Origin: Podarcis muralis
Taxonomy: Eukaryota
Assembly (NCBI RefSeq): GCF_964188315.1
Contig: NC_135656.1
Location: 107,136,001 to 107,200,000 of the forward strand
Length of the DNA: 64,000 nt
Direction of reading: 5' to 3'
The notes under the pieces are model-generated. The model saw only the letters and a program-made list of their open reading frames with translations, did not search any database and had not been told where the DNA came from. Positions 21,154 to 33,332 of this stretch are shown here, one piece after another. Position 1 is the stretch's first letter, and each line of letters begins with the position of its first letter. Made by a program: the position numbers and the translations under genes.

Positions 21154-22096
21154 CTCAGTCTAAGGTATCCAGGTGCAAAAGAGGACAAGGGGTTCCTGCA
21201 CCTTTAGCAGTTGCGCAGTTCTCTCTTTCGTATTTGGCCATCCTAGGTGGTTGCAGCTGGGGATGTCCAACGAAAAGAGAAATAGGAAACTGCTGACGCC
21301 TGCAGATTTGTCCCATATCCAGAATGGAAATCAATCAAGCAAATACAATCGGTATCTATTATTCAGACCTGAACCCGAGGTTCTCCCCGCCCCTACTTAA
21401 GAGCTGCGTTATCAGGGGACATTTTCTCCATCGCTCCATGCAGTCCTTGAGTGTGCTGGAGTTTTTCTGGGTACTTGTAGAAGTGCCAGCTCCCCTATGG
21501 ATTCCCTGAAACTTTGCTGCAACACTCTCTGACTTTGTTACTTCTTGGCTCTCCCTTTGGGGCTCATCAAGAGACTCCCGCTTGCTAAAGAACTGAATGC
21601 TTGTTTACCGTCTCCGTTCTCATAAATAGCAAGCGGCATTAAGAAGAAACAGGGCTCTCCGGTGTTGCCATCCCCAACAGAGAGACACTAACAAGGCCCG
21701 CTGTGCCACATGGTGGCAATTAATGAGGAATGGTGGGGTGCAGTGATGGCTTCCAGTAGGGACCAGGATCCCTTGGACGGCATTTCACTCCCAGCTCATT
21801 CAACCTTCTCTATAGACAGTGATGGCCTAAACAGACATGGCTCTGGAGACCTGTCATTGGACCGGCAACATCTCAGATATTAATTTAATAGGAGAAGAGA
21901 CATTGGGGGGTATGTTTGTTAACTCCTTCCTGTTGTGCTGTTTCTGCAGCCTAAATCGCCATTGTTGATGCTGCAGATACCCGTCTCTTTAGTCCATGGA
22001 GCTGTTTAGATCAGTGAATTAAAGGAGGGCAGGAATGGGCAATCTCTAGCTCCCCCCACTTGTTGAAGGCCACGTTCATGCAGGGCCCACATGCCA

Positions 22097-22250
22097 CAGA
22101 ATCATCGAATTATGCAGTTGGAAGGAACTCTGAGAGTCATCCTAGTCTAACCCTCTGGAACGCAGGAATCTCAACCAAAGCATCCATGACAGGTGGCTAT
22201 CAAACCTCCACTTTGAAACCTTCAAGGAAGGAGAGTCCATCACCTCCTGA
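22097..22250 (-). mobile_element. CR1 LINE 3' fragment
   Basis: Reverse complement of the CR1 tail (..CCAACT....ATGATTCT). Confidence 0.7.
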
Positions 22251-22467
22251 GTAGCCTACAGTCTTTTAGGCGCCATACTTAAAATCATTTTACACCCTTG
22301 GGCTTTTGGCAGCTTATGATATGTCTGGGGTCCTGAGACTGCGGCCTTTGTATGTGTTTCCTAAGGAGATACTGGAGATATTTAAATGCACCTCCTCAAA
22401 CTGGGGGAGCGGGGAGGGGGGAGAAACCTGGCAGATGAAAGTCAAGGCACTTACAAATGGCTTGTTT

Positions 22468-23214
22468 TGTTGAGCCTTCATCCTGCTTTATTTGCAGGGA
22501 GATTAGACCATGTTGGCTATTTAGTGAGCATTCATCCTGATCTGTTTGCCGGGAGGTCAGATGATGCTGTGTCAAAGCAAGTGTTAACCCACACTTCCCC
22601 ATTTGCCTTTCCAGATCTGTCAGATGATGATGTGGTTGCTCAAGAGCAAACAGGCAAGACTCCGACTTGCCTTTTCCAGGCTTTATTCTTAGTGCAAAAT
22701 ATTTACAGTGAAGAGCGTCACAAGTTCATGTCTGGCTCAGTCGCTAGCAGAATCTGGGAGTGGTCCGTCCTTGTACCTCCCCCAGCATAACAGTCGCTTG
22801 ATCCCCAACCTTCTCCTCCCCTCCCTGTGCCGAAACCTACTGTGCAGAGTGGGCGCTGGCAAAGGGGTGCTTCCCTTCTCTCCAGCTTGCTCAGGGTCAG
22901 TGTTGAGGCTCTCCCTAGCATCCCCTGGTCCCACCACCTCCTCCCCGCTGGAGGTGGGGCTTTCCTCCTCACCAGAGGAGGAACTGCTTCGCAAGACTTT
23001 CGGAGGTTCCCTATAACACAACTGCCCTTCAACCTCTCGCGTCTGGGCTGATGGCAGTTCCCTGACAAAATCCATTCTGGGTCTTCCTTCTGGACTCTGG
23101 AGCAAATTAGTGGGGAGATGAAAGGGAGGGGAGTTTTGTTGCGCAAGCGGAAATCCTTGCACAAACGGAACAGGGTGGTTGGCGACGACCCCACAGAGTT
23201 CCCTAAATGCAACA
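22468..23214 (-). mobile_element. Probable solo LTR (Gypsy-like)
   Basis: TGTTG...CAACA termini; AATAAA near the 3' end on the minus strand; no clear TSD. Confidence 0.5.
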
Positions 23215-23405
23215 CATTGCAGTTGTAACTATGGTGCTGCTTCCAGATAGATGCTTACCAAGGGATTGGTGCTTCTCATCTATGCAAAAATATTTTTGAA
23301 GTGTAGATGCCATCAAAACACCAGGCCAGGAGAACTGCAAGTCCAGTTACAGAGGTTCAGTTGAGGCTGTTGCCACCTTGTGGCAAAATGCAAATGACTG
23401 CTGGT

Positions 23406-23902
23406 TGTCAGGGGCAGGACTGAGGAGGAATAGTGGGGGCCGACCCCCTTCTCCTGAACCTTCCTAAGGGCAGGAAGACAGTATTGATTTAGAACAGTGG
23501 TTTGCAGAGGGGCATAGTCCAGAGGGGAAAAGCTGGGAAATACTGGGTGAGGAACAGCTAGAAGAGGAAACACCAGGAGAGAAAGCTGGCAGATTAAGTG
23601 TCCTTGGAAAGCATTCCTGACCCGCCCCCGCCCCTTTTGCCTAAGACTAGACAGCCGTTGAGAGTGATAGAACAGAGAACTCAGCTGTAACAAGCTCAGA
23701 TTACCTGATGTAGGAGTGACGTAGATTAAGGGGGACGGAGGGGGTGAACCTGTACTGGGAGCAATGCCATTTCTAGAGAGAGATGCATTCCTTTGTCTCT
23801 CACTGTGATTATTAAAGAAACTAACTGGTAAGAACGCTCCTTTCATTTGATCTGCTTATTTACTGCCACTGGGGGAGAGATCCGATTGCCTGAAGCCTGA
23901 CA
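23406..23902 (+). mobile_element. Solo LTR (497 bp)
   Basis: TGTCAGG...CCTGACA termini; 5-bp TSD CTGGT (23401-23405, 23903-23907); ATTAAA signal. Confidence 0.88.
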
Positions 23903-24319
23903 CTGGTATGTGAGGAGCATCTAGGAGCCTTCCAGAACGGCGGCCTTTTGCAGGTGTATCCTGCAACTTGTCCACACGATAATGTGGTTGCTTTGATACT
24001 TGAGAGATTTTAGGACCCACCCTGAGAACATGAGAAAAAGCCTCTAGTCCAGCATCCCATTCTCACAGCGGCCACCCAGATGTCCCACAAGCAGGGACTC
24101 AAGCACAAGAGCACTCCACCTCCTGCAGCTTCCAGGAAATGGCATTCAGAAGCATTACTGCCTCTGAACTTTGAGCCAGAGCGTAGCTGTCATGGCCAGC
24201 AGCCATTGATAGCCTTCTTGGGGCTGTAATTTGCTTTAAACTGTGTTCTGTCTCCTAGTTTTGGTGCATGTAGAAGAGTATTCCTCCCCCTCCTTTTCTC
24301 TCCTCTCTTTTCCCATATA

Positions 24320-24571
24320 CAGTCATACCTCATGTTACGTTTGCTTCAGGTTGCGCGTTTTCAGGTTGCGTCCCGCGGTGACCCGGAAGTACCAGGAAGG
24401 GTTACTTCTGGGTTTCAACACTTCTGCATGTGCAGACACGTAAAATGACATCACGCGCATGCACAGAAACGGCGGATCATGACCCACACATGCTCAGACG
24501 CGGGTTGCATTCTTTTCAGGTTGCAAACAGGCCTCCGGAATAGATCCCGTTCGCAACCAGAGGTACCACTG
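24320..24571. mobile_element. Tc1/mariner-pogo-type MITE (second family)
   Basis: CAGTCATACCTC ... GAGGTACCACTG; TA flanks. Confidence 0.8.
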
Positions 24572-24649
24572 TACTCCCCCTGCATACTCCTAATGTAAAG
24601 TCCAGCAGTTTTGTTCTTCCTTTACCCAGCTACCCTAAGTTTCTCTCTC

Positions 24650-25200
24650 AGTGAATTGCAACTCCTATGCAAAGAAAAACCTCATATTAATATCTCCCAG
24701 ATTATGTTGAGCAGAGGCAGCAGCTAAAATTGAACTCAAGTTGGTTTCGGATCATTCCTCTGTTGATGCTCGATGGACAGAATGGAATTTACACCGAGGA
24801 GAAATAACTTGTCATTTTGACCTTGCTATAGTGGATAAAAGAGAAGCTAGACAACAGATTCAGAGGGAAATACACGAATATTTCAGACTTGATTGTGGAT
24901 GATACAACTCTGTATATTGTGGAGTGCTTTCAAACCAGTGATACGTAGGATTATTGTAGTTGCAGGGGGGAAAGAAGAAACATGGGGGGGGGGGGGAGAA
25001 AGGGTTGGGAAAAGAGATTATGGATTTGGAAGCACAACACAGATGGGACCATCTTCCCTCCATTTATTATCAACTATTAGTGACCAGGGCTAGAGTTGAT
25101 CTGCTTGATATAATCAAAGCTGAGAAATCTATGTGGTATGAACTGGTTGGATGCAGAGAAATGGTGGTGGGGAACCAGCTGCGGAACCAGCAAGAGAATA
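24650..25200 (+). mobile_element. Degenerate L1 ORF2 fragment
   Basis: VSDHSSV (endonuclease SDH motif) and ILWSAFKPVIR (LWDAFKAVIRG-like), with stops and frameshifts. Confidence 0.55.
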
Positions 25201-25619
25201 AGGATCGGGTCCCAGGGAGTGGTGGTAGGACAATGATAAGTGGACAGAGGAGAAGACTGGGAGGAGGAAGCATCAGAAGTTGAAGAGGTAACAGGGCTTA
25301 GTGAGCAGGGGCAATAAATGCTGGGAATGCCAAGTTGAGAATTTGGAGATCTTTGGGTTTGGGGTAATCACATGGGTAGAGGACTGCTGAACTCAAGTCC
25401 TGCATGTTGCCTTCCCACAAACATATGGTTGCCTCATAGAACTTCCTAGAAGGACTTTAATCGCAATACACAATCCAGCCTAATTCATTGGATTCAACTC
25501 TGGGTGGTACAAAATAAATAGGAAGCTTTGTACTGTAAACAGCTCCAAGCAAGTCATCGACAAGGAATCTTTATTTTTAAAAAGAAAAACAGCAGAACCT
25601 CTTAATGAAGCTGGGTGCG

Positions 25620-26564
25620 TTAATTCCGCTTCACTACTCTTCTCAGAGCTTTGTGTACCTCTTTGTTCCTCAGCGTATAGATTAGTGGATTAAACATGGT
25701 GACAACAAATGTATAGAAAAGGGAAACCATCTTGCCCTGATCCCGGGAGTAGTTGGACGGGGGCTGGAGGTAACTGAAAATGGCCGTCCCATAAAACAGG
25801 GACACCACGATTAAGTGAGAGGCACAGGTGTTGAAGGCCTTTTGCCTGCCCTCCGCTGAGCGGATTGCCAGCGCAGCAACTACAATGTAGCCGTATGAGA
25901 CCATAATGAGTCCTAGTGGTACTACAAGGAACACTACGCTGGAAGCAAAGAGCACAGCCTCATTGAGAGAGGTGTCAACACAGGCCAACTTGATTAAGGC
26001 TGGCACCTCGCAGAAAAAGTGATCCACCCGGTTTTGTCCACACCGCGGGAGGCGAAGAGTCATCACCGTCTCCACCACTGAGGTGGTTAAGCCACTAATC
26101 CAGGAAACGGCAGCCATTTTGAAGCATAGGGATTGGCTCATAATGGCACCGTAGCGCAGCGGGTGGCAAATGGCAGCATAGCGGTCGTAGGCCATGAAAG
26201 CCAAAAGAATACATTCTGTGGAGCCCAGAGCAAGGAAGATGTAGAGCTGGGCCACACAGGCACCATAACTGATGGTCTTGCTTTTCCTCCAGAAGTTCAC
26301 CAGCATCTGAGGGCCCACACTGGTGGTGAAGCAAAGATCAAGGAAGGAGAGGTTGCTGAGGAAGAAATACATGGGGGTGTGGAGACGGGGGTCCAGCCGC
26401 GACACCACAATGATGGTCGTGTTGCCTAGCAGGGTCATCGTGTAGCAGATCAGGACAAGACCAAAGAGAAACATCTCCAAGTGTGGGCGGTCACCCATTC
26501 CCAATAACACAAATTCTGCTTGGAAGCTGTGGTTACCTTCTTCCCATACTGCTCCCCCGTACAT
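25620..26564 (-). CDS. Olfactory receptor, family-2-like (OR-1), 314 aa
   Basis: NHS glycosylation site; [46 protein letters not shown]; acceptor TTCCAG 3 nt before the ATG at 26564. Confidence 0.95.
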   Translation of the reverse strand: MYGGAVWEEGNHSFQAEFVLLGMGDRPHLEMFLFGLVLICYTMTLLGNTTIIVVSRLDPRLHTPMYFFLSNLSFLDLCFTTSVGPQMLVNFWRKSKTISYGACVAQLYIFLALGSTECILLAFMAYDRYAAICHPLRYGAIMSQSLCFKMAAVSWISGLTTSVVETVMTLRLPRCGQNRVDHFFCEVPALIKLACVDTSLNEAVLFASSVVFLVVPLGLIMVSYGYIVVAALAIRSAEGRQKAFNTCASHLIVVSLFYGTAIFSYLQPPSNYSRDQGKMVSLFYTFVVTMFNPLIYTLRNKEVHKALRRVVKRN

Positions 26565-27217
26565 TATCTGGAATAAGATGCAAAAAGAGTAACAAAAGAC
26601 CATTTCAAAATGGAAACTGGTATGAGCAGCTGACACAAGAGCCATAGTGACACATTTCTAAGACTGAGGACCCAATAACTGTACGAATACGATCCAGGAA
26701 TCACACACATGAGGAAAGAACACATGCTACACTTGATTCGTACAGGGGTGAGGAACCTTTAGCCCTCCTGACGTTCCTGAACCACAGCCTCCATCAGTCC
26801 TGAAAGCATAGCCAATGAATAGCAAGGGATGATGGGAGTTGTCTTTTAGAAACATCTTGAATCCCACATGTTCTGGTTCAGTTTCTACACTAAGGACCAA
26901 TTTAGGAAGGTGGTGCTTGGAGAGGCTACTGCTCAGTTCACCCCGCCTTGCTATAGCAATCTTTGAGAAAAACAACCTGGCACATAGCTCTCCAGAGGTT
27001 CTGTAGGTCTTTCGTTAGGTCTACCTACCCTGTTCTTCATTGTCTTAACTGTTTTCACTTGGCTGGGATGTGCCCTTGAACTCTACTGGGTGGAAACTAG
27101 ACACATATAAAAAAAACATTGTGAAAATGCTTTTTTTAAAAAAAAAGTTTTGAAAAATATATGGAATTTGCCATAGCTCACCATCGCCATCTAGAGTCGC
27201 ATTTGTATAATGCACTT

Positions 27218-27414
27218 TAAAGGTAAAGGGACCCCTGACCATTAGGTTCAGTCGTGGCCGACTCTGGCGGCACTCATCTCACTTTATTGGCCAAGGGAGC
27301 CGGCATACAGCTTCCGGGTCATGTGGCCAGCATGACTAAGCCGCTTCTGGCGTTTACCTTTCTGTCGGAGGGGTACCTATTTATCTACTTGCACTTTGAC
27401 ATGCTTTTGAACTG
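27218..27414 (-). mobile_element. Sauria SINE, 5'-truncated
   Basis: Tail and body only. Confidence 0.85.
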
Positions 27415-27852
27415 AAGGCTTTTCCTACTAAAAAGATCTAAAAAGAAATGGGTTCCTTTTAGTTTAGAAAAGCTTAAGAGATTATTAATGACCTGACTAC
27501 GTATTAGCTGCAAACTCAAGTAACAGAAACACAAAGGTGCTTTTGTTTGTTTGTTTAAAGGGAAACTTCAGAAGGGAGCATTTTGCAATAAAGATGCTCA
27601 ATCAGTGTTCCACCTCAAGCTTCAAAATCCCCTCTCCAGAGGCTTTTCCAGGCAGGAGGAACAGTGAAGAAGTGTGGCTGGGCTAAGATAGTACAAGACC
27701 GCCTAGCCTCAAAAAACCTGACAACAGATATCTTTGTATTACCTGGAATTAAAAGACTGCTATTGGATTTATAAACAGGATAACGAGCAAGACCTATCTT
27801 TAACCCATATCTCAAAAATTTCCTACTGGTACCACTTTCTGAAATGTAGCCA

Positions 27853-27954
27853 TGTTGTTGTTTAGTCGTTTAGTCGTGTCCGACTCTTCGTGACCCCATG
27901 GTCCAGAGCACACCAGGCACTCCTGTCTTCCACTGCCTCCCGCAGTTTGGTCAA
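27853..27954 (-). mobile_element. BovB (RTE) LINE 3' tip
   Basis: Reverse complement of ..CATGGGGTCACGAAGAGTCGGACACGACTAAACGACTAAACAAC. Confidence 0.85.
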
Positions 27955-27969
27955 AAAATCTAGCTATAA

Positions 27970-28197
27970 GTAAAGGTAAAGTGACCCCTGACTGTTAGGT
28001 CCAGTCGTGGCTGACTCTGGGGTTGCGGCACTCATCTCGCTTTACTGGCAGAGGGAGCCAGCGTACAGCTTCCGGGTCATGTGGCCAGCATGACTAAGCC
28101 GCTTCTGGCGAACCAGAGCAGCACACTGAAACGCCGTTTACTTTCCCGCCAGAGCCGTACCTATTTATCTACTTGCACTTTGATGTGCTTTCAAACT
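27970..28197 (-). mobile_element. Sauria SINE, 5'-truncated
   Basis: Tail and body only. Confidence 0.85.
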
Positions 28198-28390
28198 GGT
28201 ACAGCTGCTGGCTCTGCTACAGGGACAGACCCCTGAAGTGAAAATATGCCGCCTCTTATCTGACTGTGATCCGCTTGTCACATATAAAACAGCCTTATTT
28301 GCTAAAGTCGCCAAAAGTATTTGTGCTATTTTCATTAAAGACAGTGCTGTAGACTGTGCAGGGATTCATTGATTTGGTTTATTGCAAATA

Positions 28391-28656
28391 CAGTGGTACC
28401 TTGGTTTGCAAATAGCCTAGTTTACAACCATTTTGGGTTACGACCAAGTCAAACTCAGAAGTGCGCATCCCGGTTTGTGAACTTTTTTTTGCATTACAAA
28501 CAAACCATTTTTTTTGGTTTACAAACAATTTTGGGGGGATTACAAACAACTTTTTTTGGAGGCCCCATTGGCGAAAACATGCCTTGGGTTACGAACTGTT
28601 TTGGTTTACGAACGGACCTCCGGAATGGATTATGGTCGTAAACCAAGGTACCACTG
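28391..28656. mobile_element. Tc1/mariner-pogo-type MITE (third family)
   Basis: TIRs CAGTGGTACCTTGGTTT / AAACCAAGGTACCACTG; TA TSD. Confidence 0.9.
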
Positions 28657-29864
28657 TATATACATTCCGGATCTCTTTTAACAGGTTTTATTTTTATTCT
28701 ATTTGTTGGATCTGTAATTGGATTGTAATGTCTTTTAGCTAAATACAATAAAGTGTTGTTGTTCATTTCCAGGCAAATGCCTCGAAAATATGGGGGTGAG
28801 AAACTTTAGGGAGGGAGACAAGAAAAGCAAATAACTCACTGAAGTATTGTGAAAGGTGCTACAGTACATCCCATGAATTGAGAACATTGAATATGTAATC
28901 TCTGCTCTGCTCTTCATTTCGTTTCATTTTATAGCTCTTCTTTTCTTCATTTCACATTCATCCATTCTATAATTTATGGCCCCTTTATTTCTCAAGTAGA
29001 CACTCCTCACACTAACTCACCCCTGTCTCAGTAAGAAGCACACTCATTATGCCTAGGTCAGTTTTGCACACTGGTAAATGATATCTATTTATTTAAAATG
29101 CATATACCCTGCACTCCATTCTGAGATCTCTGGACAGGGGACAATAAGACATAATCCGTTTGCGATAAATAAAATTAGCATAAGCCATTAATCTCATGGA
29201 GTCGTCCACAGGTTGGCCTCTTGGTCTGCTATGAAGGTCTTTGATAGGGAAGCAGGTTCCTCAACCCTGGGCCCCTGAAACTCTTACAGGACTGACTGTG
29301 GATGGAGTTCTGTAGACCAGAGATGGGCCAATGTAGCCACGAGGCTGCAGTGAGGAAGACACCCTGAGGAGATATGTGAACCAAGGAAGACAGGAAACTG
29401 CCTTATACAAAGTTAGAGCATTAGTCCACCTATCTCAGAACTATGCCGACGGGCAGCAGCTGTCCATGACTGCAGACATGTTTTTGCCAAGCCCTTTCTG
29501 GAGATGGTAGGCAGAGCATGGAAGAGGAGTGGTGCGGTTGGAAAGGGAAGGCTTGCAGGAGTTGAGGGGAGTTGTTCAAAACGCTGGGAGGGCAGCACAC
29601 TGGGAAAGGCTGCTTTACACCTTTCTATTCTGTCTGTGCAGAAGGAGCTGAAGCAGATGGAGGTTGAAAGTGAATAAACGAAAAGTCTTTAAAAAGTGGA
29701 AAGAGCATTAACATTTTTGGGTGTCAAGGGGAGGGGGTAAAGGGACAGAACAGGAGACAGGTGGAGGCAGCGGAACACAATGGCATACGTTTGGAATCAG
29801 CTACATCATGTTTAATGTAAAGGATGGGGGTGGGAAGGAAAGGATTTCGCCCATCAATGCTTAC

Positions 29865-30370
29865 CTTGGTTTGTTGTTGTTGTTTAGTCGTTTAGTCGTG
29901 TCCGACTCTTCGTGACCCCATGGACCAGAGCACGCCTTGGTTGGTCTGCCTCATTCAGCCTTGACTCTTCTGGCTTAGCATCATCTCTCATAGTATCTGC
30001 ATACTTCTGGACATATACATGGGCACCCTAGCATGGTTGCTCTAACTCAAAAGGGGCCTGGTGGGGTCAGGGGAGCTTATTTTATGATTTCTTCCTGAAG
30101 GAGGACGACAAAGCTGCCTCCCCACTTTTCAGCAGCTCTCCGATGGAGTCCCAGAAGGACCAGAGCTCAGACTGAATAATTAGGGGAAAGCTACATCTTA
30201 CACTGCAGCAATGAGCAAGGAAGCCTCAGAGATCCGTCCTCCTCCTCCTCCTCCACACAATTTCCTCAGGAGAGGGTGCCTTGCACCAGAGAAGAGATGG
30301 GAGGGAAAGGACTACTTCACCCCTTAAGGAAAAGGGAGGAAGAGTGTCTCTGCCGTCTTTGAACCAACAA
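29865..30370 (-). promoter_or_regulatory. Putative promoter and noncoding exon 1 of OR-1
   Basis: Paralogous to four other upstream modules; donor CCAAG|GTAAGC at 29865/29864; TAATTA site. Confidence 0.6.
29872..29934 (-). mobile_element. BovB 3' tip inserted in the putative OR-1 exon 1
   Basis: BovB tail; 8-bp TSD CCTTGGTT (29864-29871, 29935-29942). Confidence 0.85.
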
Positions 30371-31394
30371 CCAATGTGGACACTTAGAAAGTTGCTTGAA
30401 GAAATTTATTTTATTGCTTATTAATATTCAGAGTAGTCCAAATTGCTGTTTGGAAATATGGAGAGGTGTAGCAGTTAGAGAACAGGATTTGGTCCAAGGG
30501 AACATCTGGGTTCATGTCACCACTCAGTCACAAAATTCACTAGGACAAAGGTTTTTGACCTTTTTGACTTCCCCGCTCCCTTGAGCAACTACTACACCCC
30601 TGTGGGGCTCAGCAGCCCAGTTATGTCACCCCTTGCCTGCAGAGCTGGCAGCCTCTCACCCTTTTTCAAACACCCTCCCTTGTGGAGGGCTCCCTCAGCC
30701 TCCTCTCCTCTCCCCTCTCTTTGGGAGTCCTATGGACAGCCGCTGCTGCCGCCCCAGTTTCTGAGCTGCCCTTCCCCCCCCAAAGAGAGGCGCCTCCTAG
30801 AGGCATCATTCGCCAGGGTAGCTTGCACCCAGGGCTGCTGCAATAAACAGCTGTGCAAGCCTTTGAGAGGCAGAGAAGTGAGAGGGCATCAGAGGAGGGA
30901 GGGAAGGAAAGAGAGAAAGAGGCCAATGTTGCCCACAGAACCTCTGACCATCATTCAAGACATCCCAGGGTGTCATGGCACACTGGTTGAAAACCATTGC
31001 ACTAGGAGATGATTCACATCAGGGTTCCTTCCCCCTCTTCCATTGCTTGTCTCCTTGCAATGCATACGGCACAGTTCACTCCCCCCCCCCCCTTGTGTTG
31101 ATCCTGCTACTCAGAGCCCTTCCAGTTATTTTCTATTGTTCTTCAACACGTTCCTGACACAATAATTGTGCATTAGTGGTGGATTTATTCTGCTTTAGTT
31201 TGTTCTACGATGCCTCCTTGGTGCTGCCACATTAATAATTCTCATTATAGGCTAATTTGTTGGATTATTGTGTGGGTGATGACAAAAAAAGCAGCTTTCT
31301 GTGATTACTGTCATAGAAGTGATTTCATTGAAGGGTTTTTATTATTATTAAAATAAATTGTGGAACCTCTGAATGAAGCTGGGAGACATTGGGT

Positions 31395-32339
31395 TTAAGT
31401 TCTCTTCATCAGTCTTCTTAGAGCTTTGTGCACCTCTTTGTTCCTCAGGGTATAAATGAGTGGATTGAGCATAGTGGTGACAAATGTATAGAAAAGGGAG
31501 GCCATCTTGGTCTGGTCATGGGCACTGTTGGACGGGGGCTGGAGGTAGGTGAAAATGGTTGTCCCAAAAAAGAGCGACACCACAATCAAATGGGAGGCAC
31601 AGGTGTTTAATGCCTTTCGCTTGCCCTCAGCTGAGCGGATTGCCAGCGTGGCAACTGCAATGTAGCCGTAGGAGACCACAATGAGGCCTAGTGGTACTAC
31701 AAGGAACACTACGCTGGAAGCAAAGAGCACAGCCTCATTGACTGAGGTGTCAACACAGGCCAGTTTGATTAAGGCTGGCACCTCGCAGAAAAAGTGATCC
31801 ACCCGGTTTTGTCCACACCGCGGGAGGCGAAGAGTCATCACCATCTCCACCAGTGAGGTGGTAAGGCCACTAACCCAGGAGACGGCAGCCATTTTGAAGC
31901 ATAGGGATTGGCTCATAAGGGCACCATAGCGCAGCGGGTGGCAAATGGCCGCATAGCGGTCGTAGGCCATGACAACCAAAAGAATACATTCTGTGGAGCC
32001 CAGAGCAAGGAAGATGTAGAGCTGGGCCACGCAGGCACCGTAACTGATGGTCTTGCTTTTCCGCCAGAAGTTTAACAGCATCTGAGGGCCCACACTGGTG
32101 GTGAAGCAAAGATCAAGGAAGGAGAGGTTGCTGAGGAAGAAATACATGGGGCTGTGGAGACGGGGGTCCAGCCGCGACACCACAATGATGGTTGTGTTGC
32201 CCACCAAGGCCATCATGTAGCAGGGCAGGAGAATTGCAAAGAGCAACATCTCCAAGCGTGGACGGTCAGCCACTCCCAATAAAATGAATTCTCCTTGGTA
32301 ACTGTGGTTACCTTCTTCCCATACTGCTTTCCTGTACAT
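31395..32339 (-). CDS. Olfactory receptor, family-2-like (OR-2), 314 aa
   Basis: Canonical OR motifs; acceptor TTCCAG 3 nt before the ATG at 32339. Confidence 0.95.
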   Translation of the reverse strand: MYRKAVWEEGNHSYQGEFILLGVADRPRLEMLLFAILLPCYMMALVGNTTIIVVSRLDPRLHSPMYFFLSNLSFLDLCFTTSVGPQMLLNFWRKSKTISYGACVAQLYIFLALGSTECILLVVMAYDRYAAICHPLRYGALMSQSLCFKMAAVSWVSGLTTSLVEMVMTLRLPRCGQNRVDHFFCEVPALIKLACVDTSVNEAVLFASSVVFLVVPLGLIVVSYGYIAVATLAIRSAEGKRKALNTCASHLIVVSLFFGTTIFTYLQPPSNSAHDQTKMASLFYTFVTTMLNPLIYTLRNKEVHKALRRLMKRT

Positions 32340-32463
32340 TATCTGGAAAAAGGAAAACAAGGAAAACAGTGAAACACAAGTTCAAAATTGAGCTAGTATA
32401 AACAGCTGACAGAAGAAGATTAGTGGTATCGTTCTAAGCCTATGATCACCCAAGATTCCCATA

Positions 32464-32721
32464 CAGTGGTACCTCAGGTTACATACGCTTCAGGTTACAT
32501 ACGCTTCAGGTTACATACGCTTCAGGTTACCGACTCCGCTAACCCAGAAATAGTGCTTCAGGTTAAGAACTTTGCTTCAGGATGAGAACAGAAATCGTGC
32601 TCCGGTGGCGTGGCAGCAGCGGGAGGCCCCATTAGCGAAAGTGGTGCTTCAGGTTAAGAACAGTTTCAGGTTAAGAACGAACCTCTGGAACGAATTAAAT
32701 ACTTAACCCGAGGTACCACTG
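32464..32721. mobile_element. Tc1/mariner-pogo-type MITE
   Basis: TIRs CAGTGGTACCTC / GAGGTACCACTG; TA TSD. Confidence 0.92.
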
Positions 32722-33332
32722 TACTTGAAAAGAAAATAGATCTTCACATTCTATTCTAGGGTTGCGTTTTTGGCAATGTTGTTGAGCTTTGTTCGACATT
32801 TTTGAGCTATTTTAAAGGGAAATCGGCAAACACAAAATTGCTGACGTGTTTCCCAAACATTTTGCCCAGATACTACTTCTGATGGAAGGATTCTGTGTAT
32901 GTCCGGGAAATTTCAACGTACGGCAACCCTACCATATTCCATGTCCAAGCTCTAGTAAGTGCCACCTCTGTCAAACAACTGCTGAATCTATGAATATGAA
33001 CCAGAAACCATGTGTACAAGAAGAAAACATTCTTATTTCCACATGGCTTAACCATGGTCCTCTAGATGTTGCCAAGCTACAGCTCCTGTTAGCCCCTGCA
33101 AGCATGGCCTATAGTTATGGGTGATGTGAGCTTTTCTTCAGCAACATCTGCAGGGCCAGTGATTCCCCTGCTTTAATACATCACACCTTGCTGTAGTAAT
33201 GTGTGGGGAGAAACCCCACACATGACCCCGAGGTGATTCTTTAGCTCTTCTGACTGGTTTTCCTACCCAGACCATAGCTACCGGATGAACTATATCCTCA
33301 AGGGTTACAGAAGTCAAGTCCATGCTATAGTG

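Noticed and set aside
22386-23215. 134-165 aa ORFs on both strands
   Set aside because: They lie largely inside a probable solo LTR; Ser/Glu/Pro-rich with no domain.
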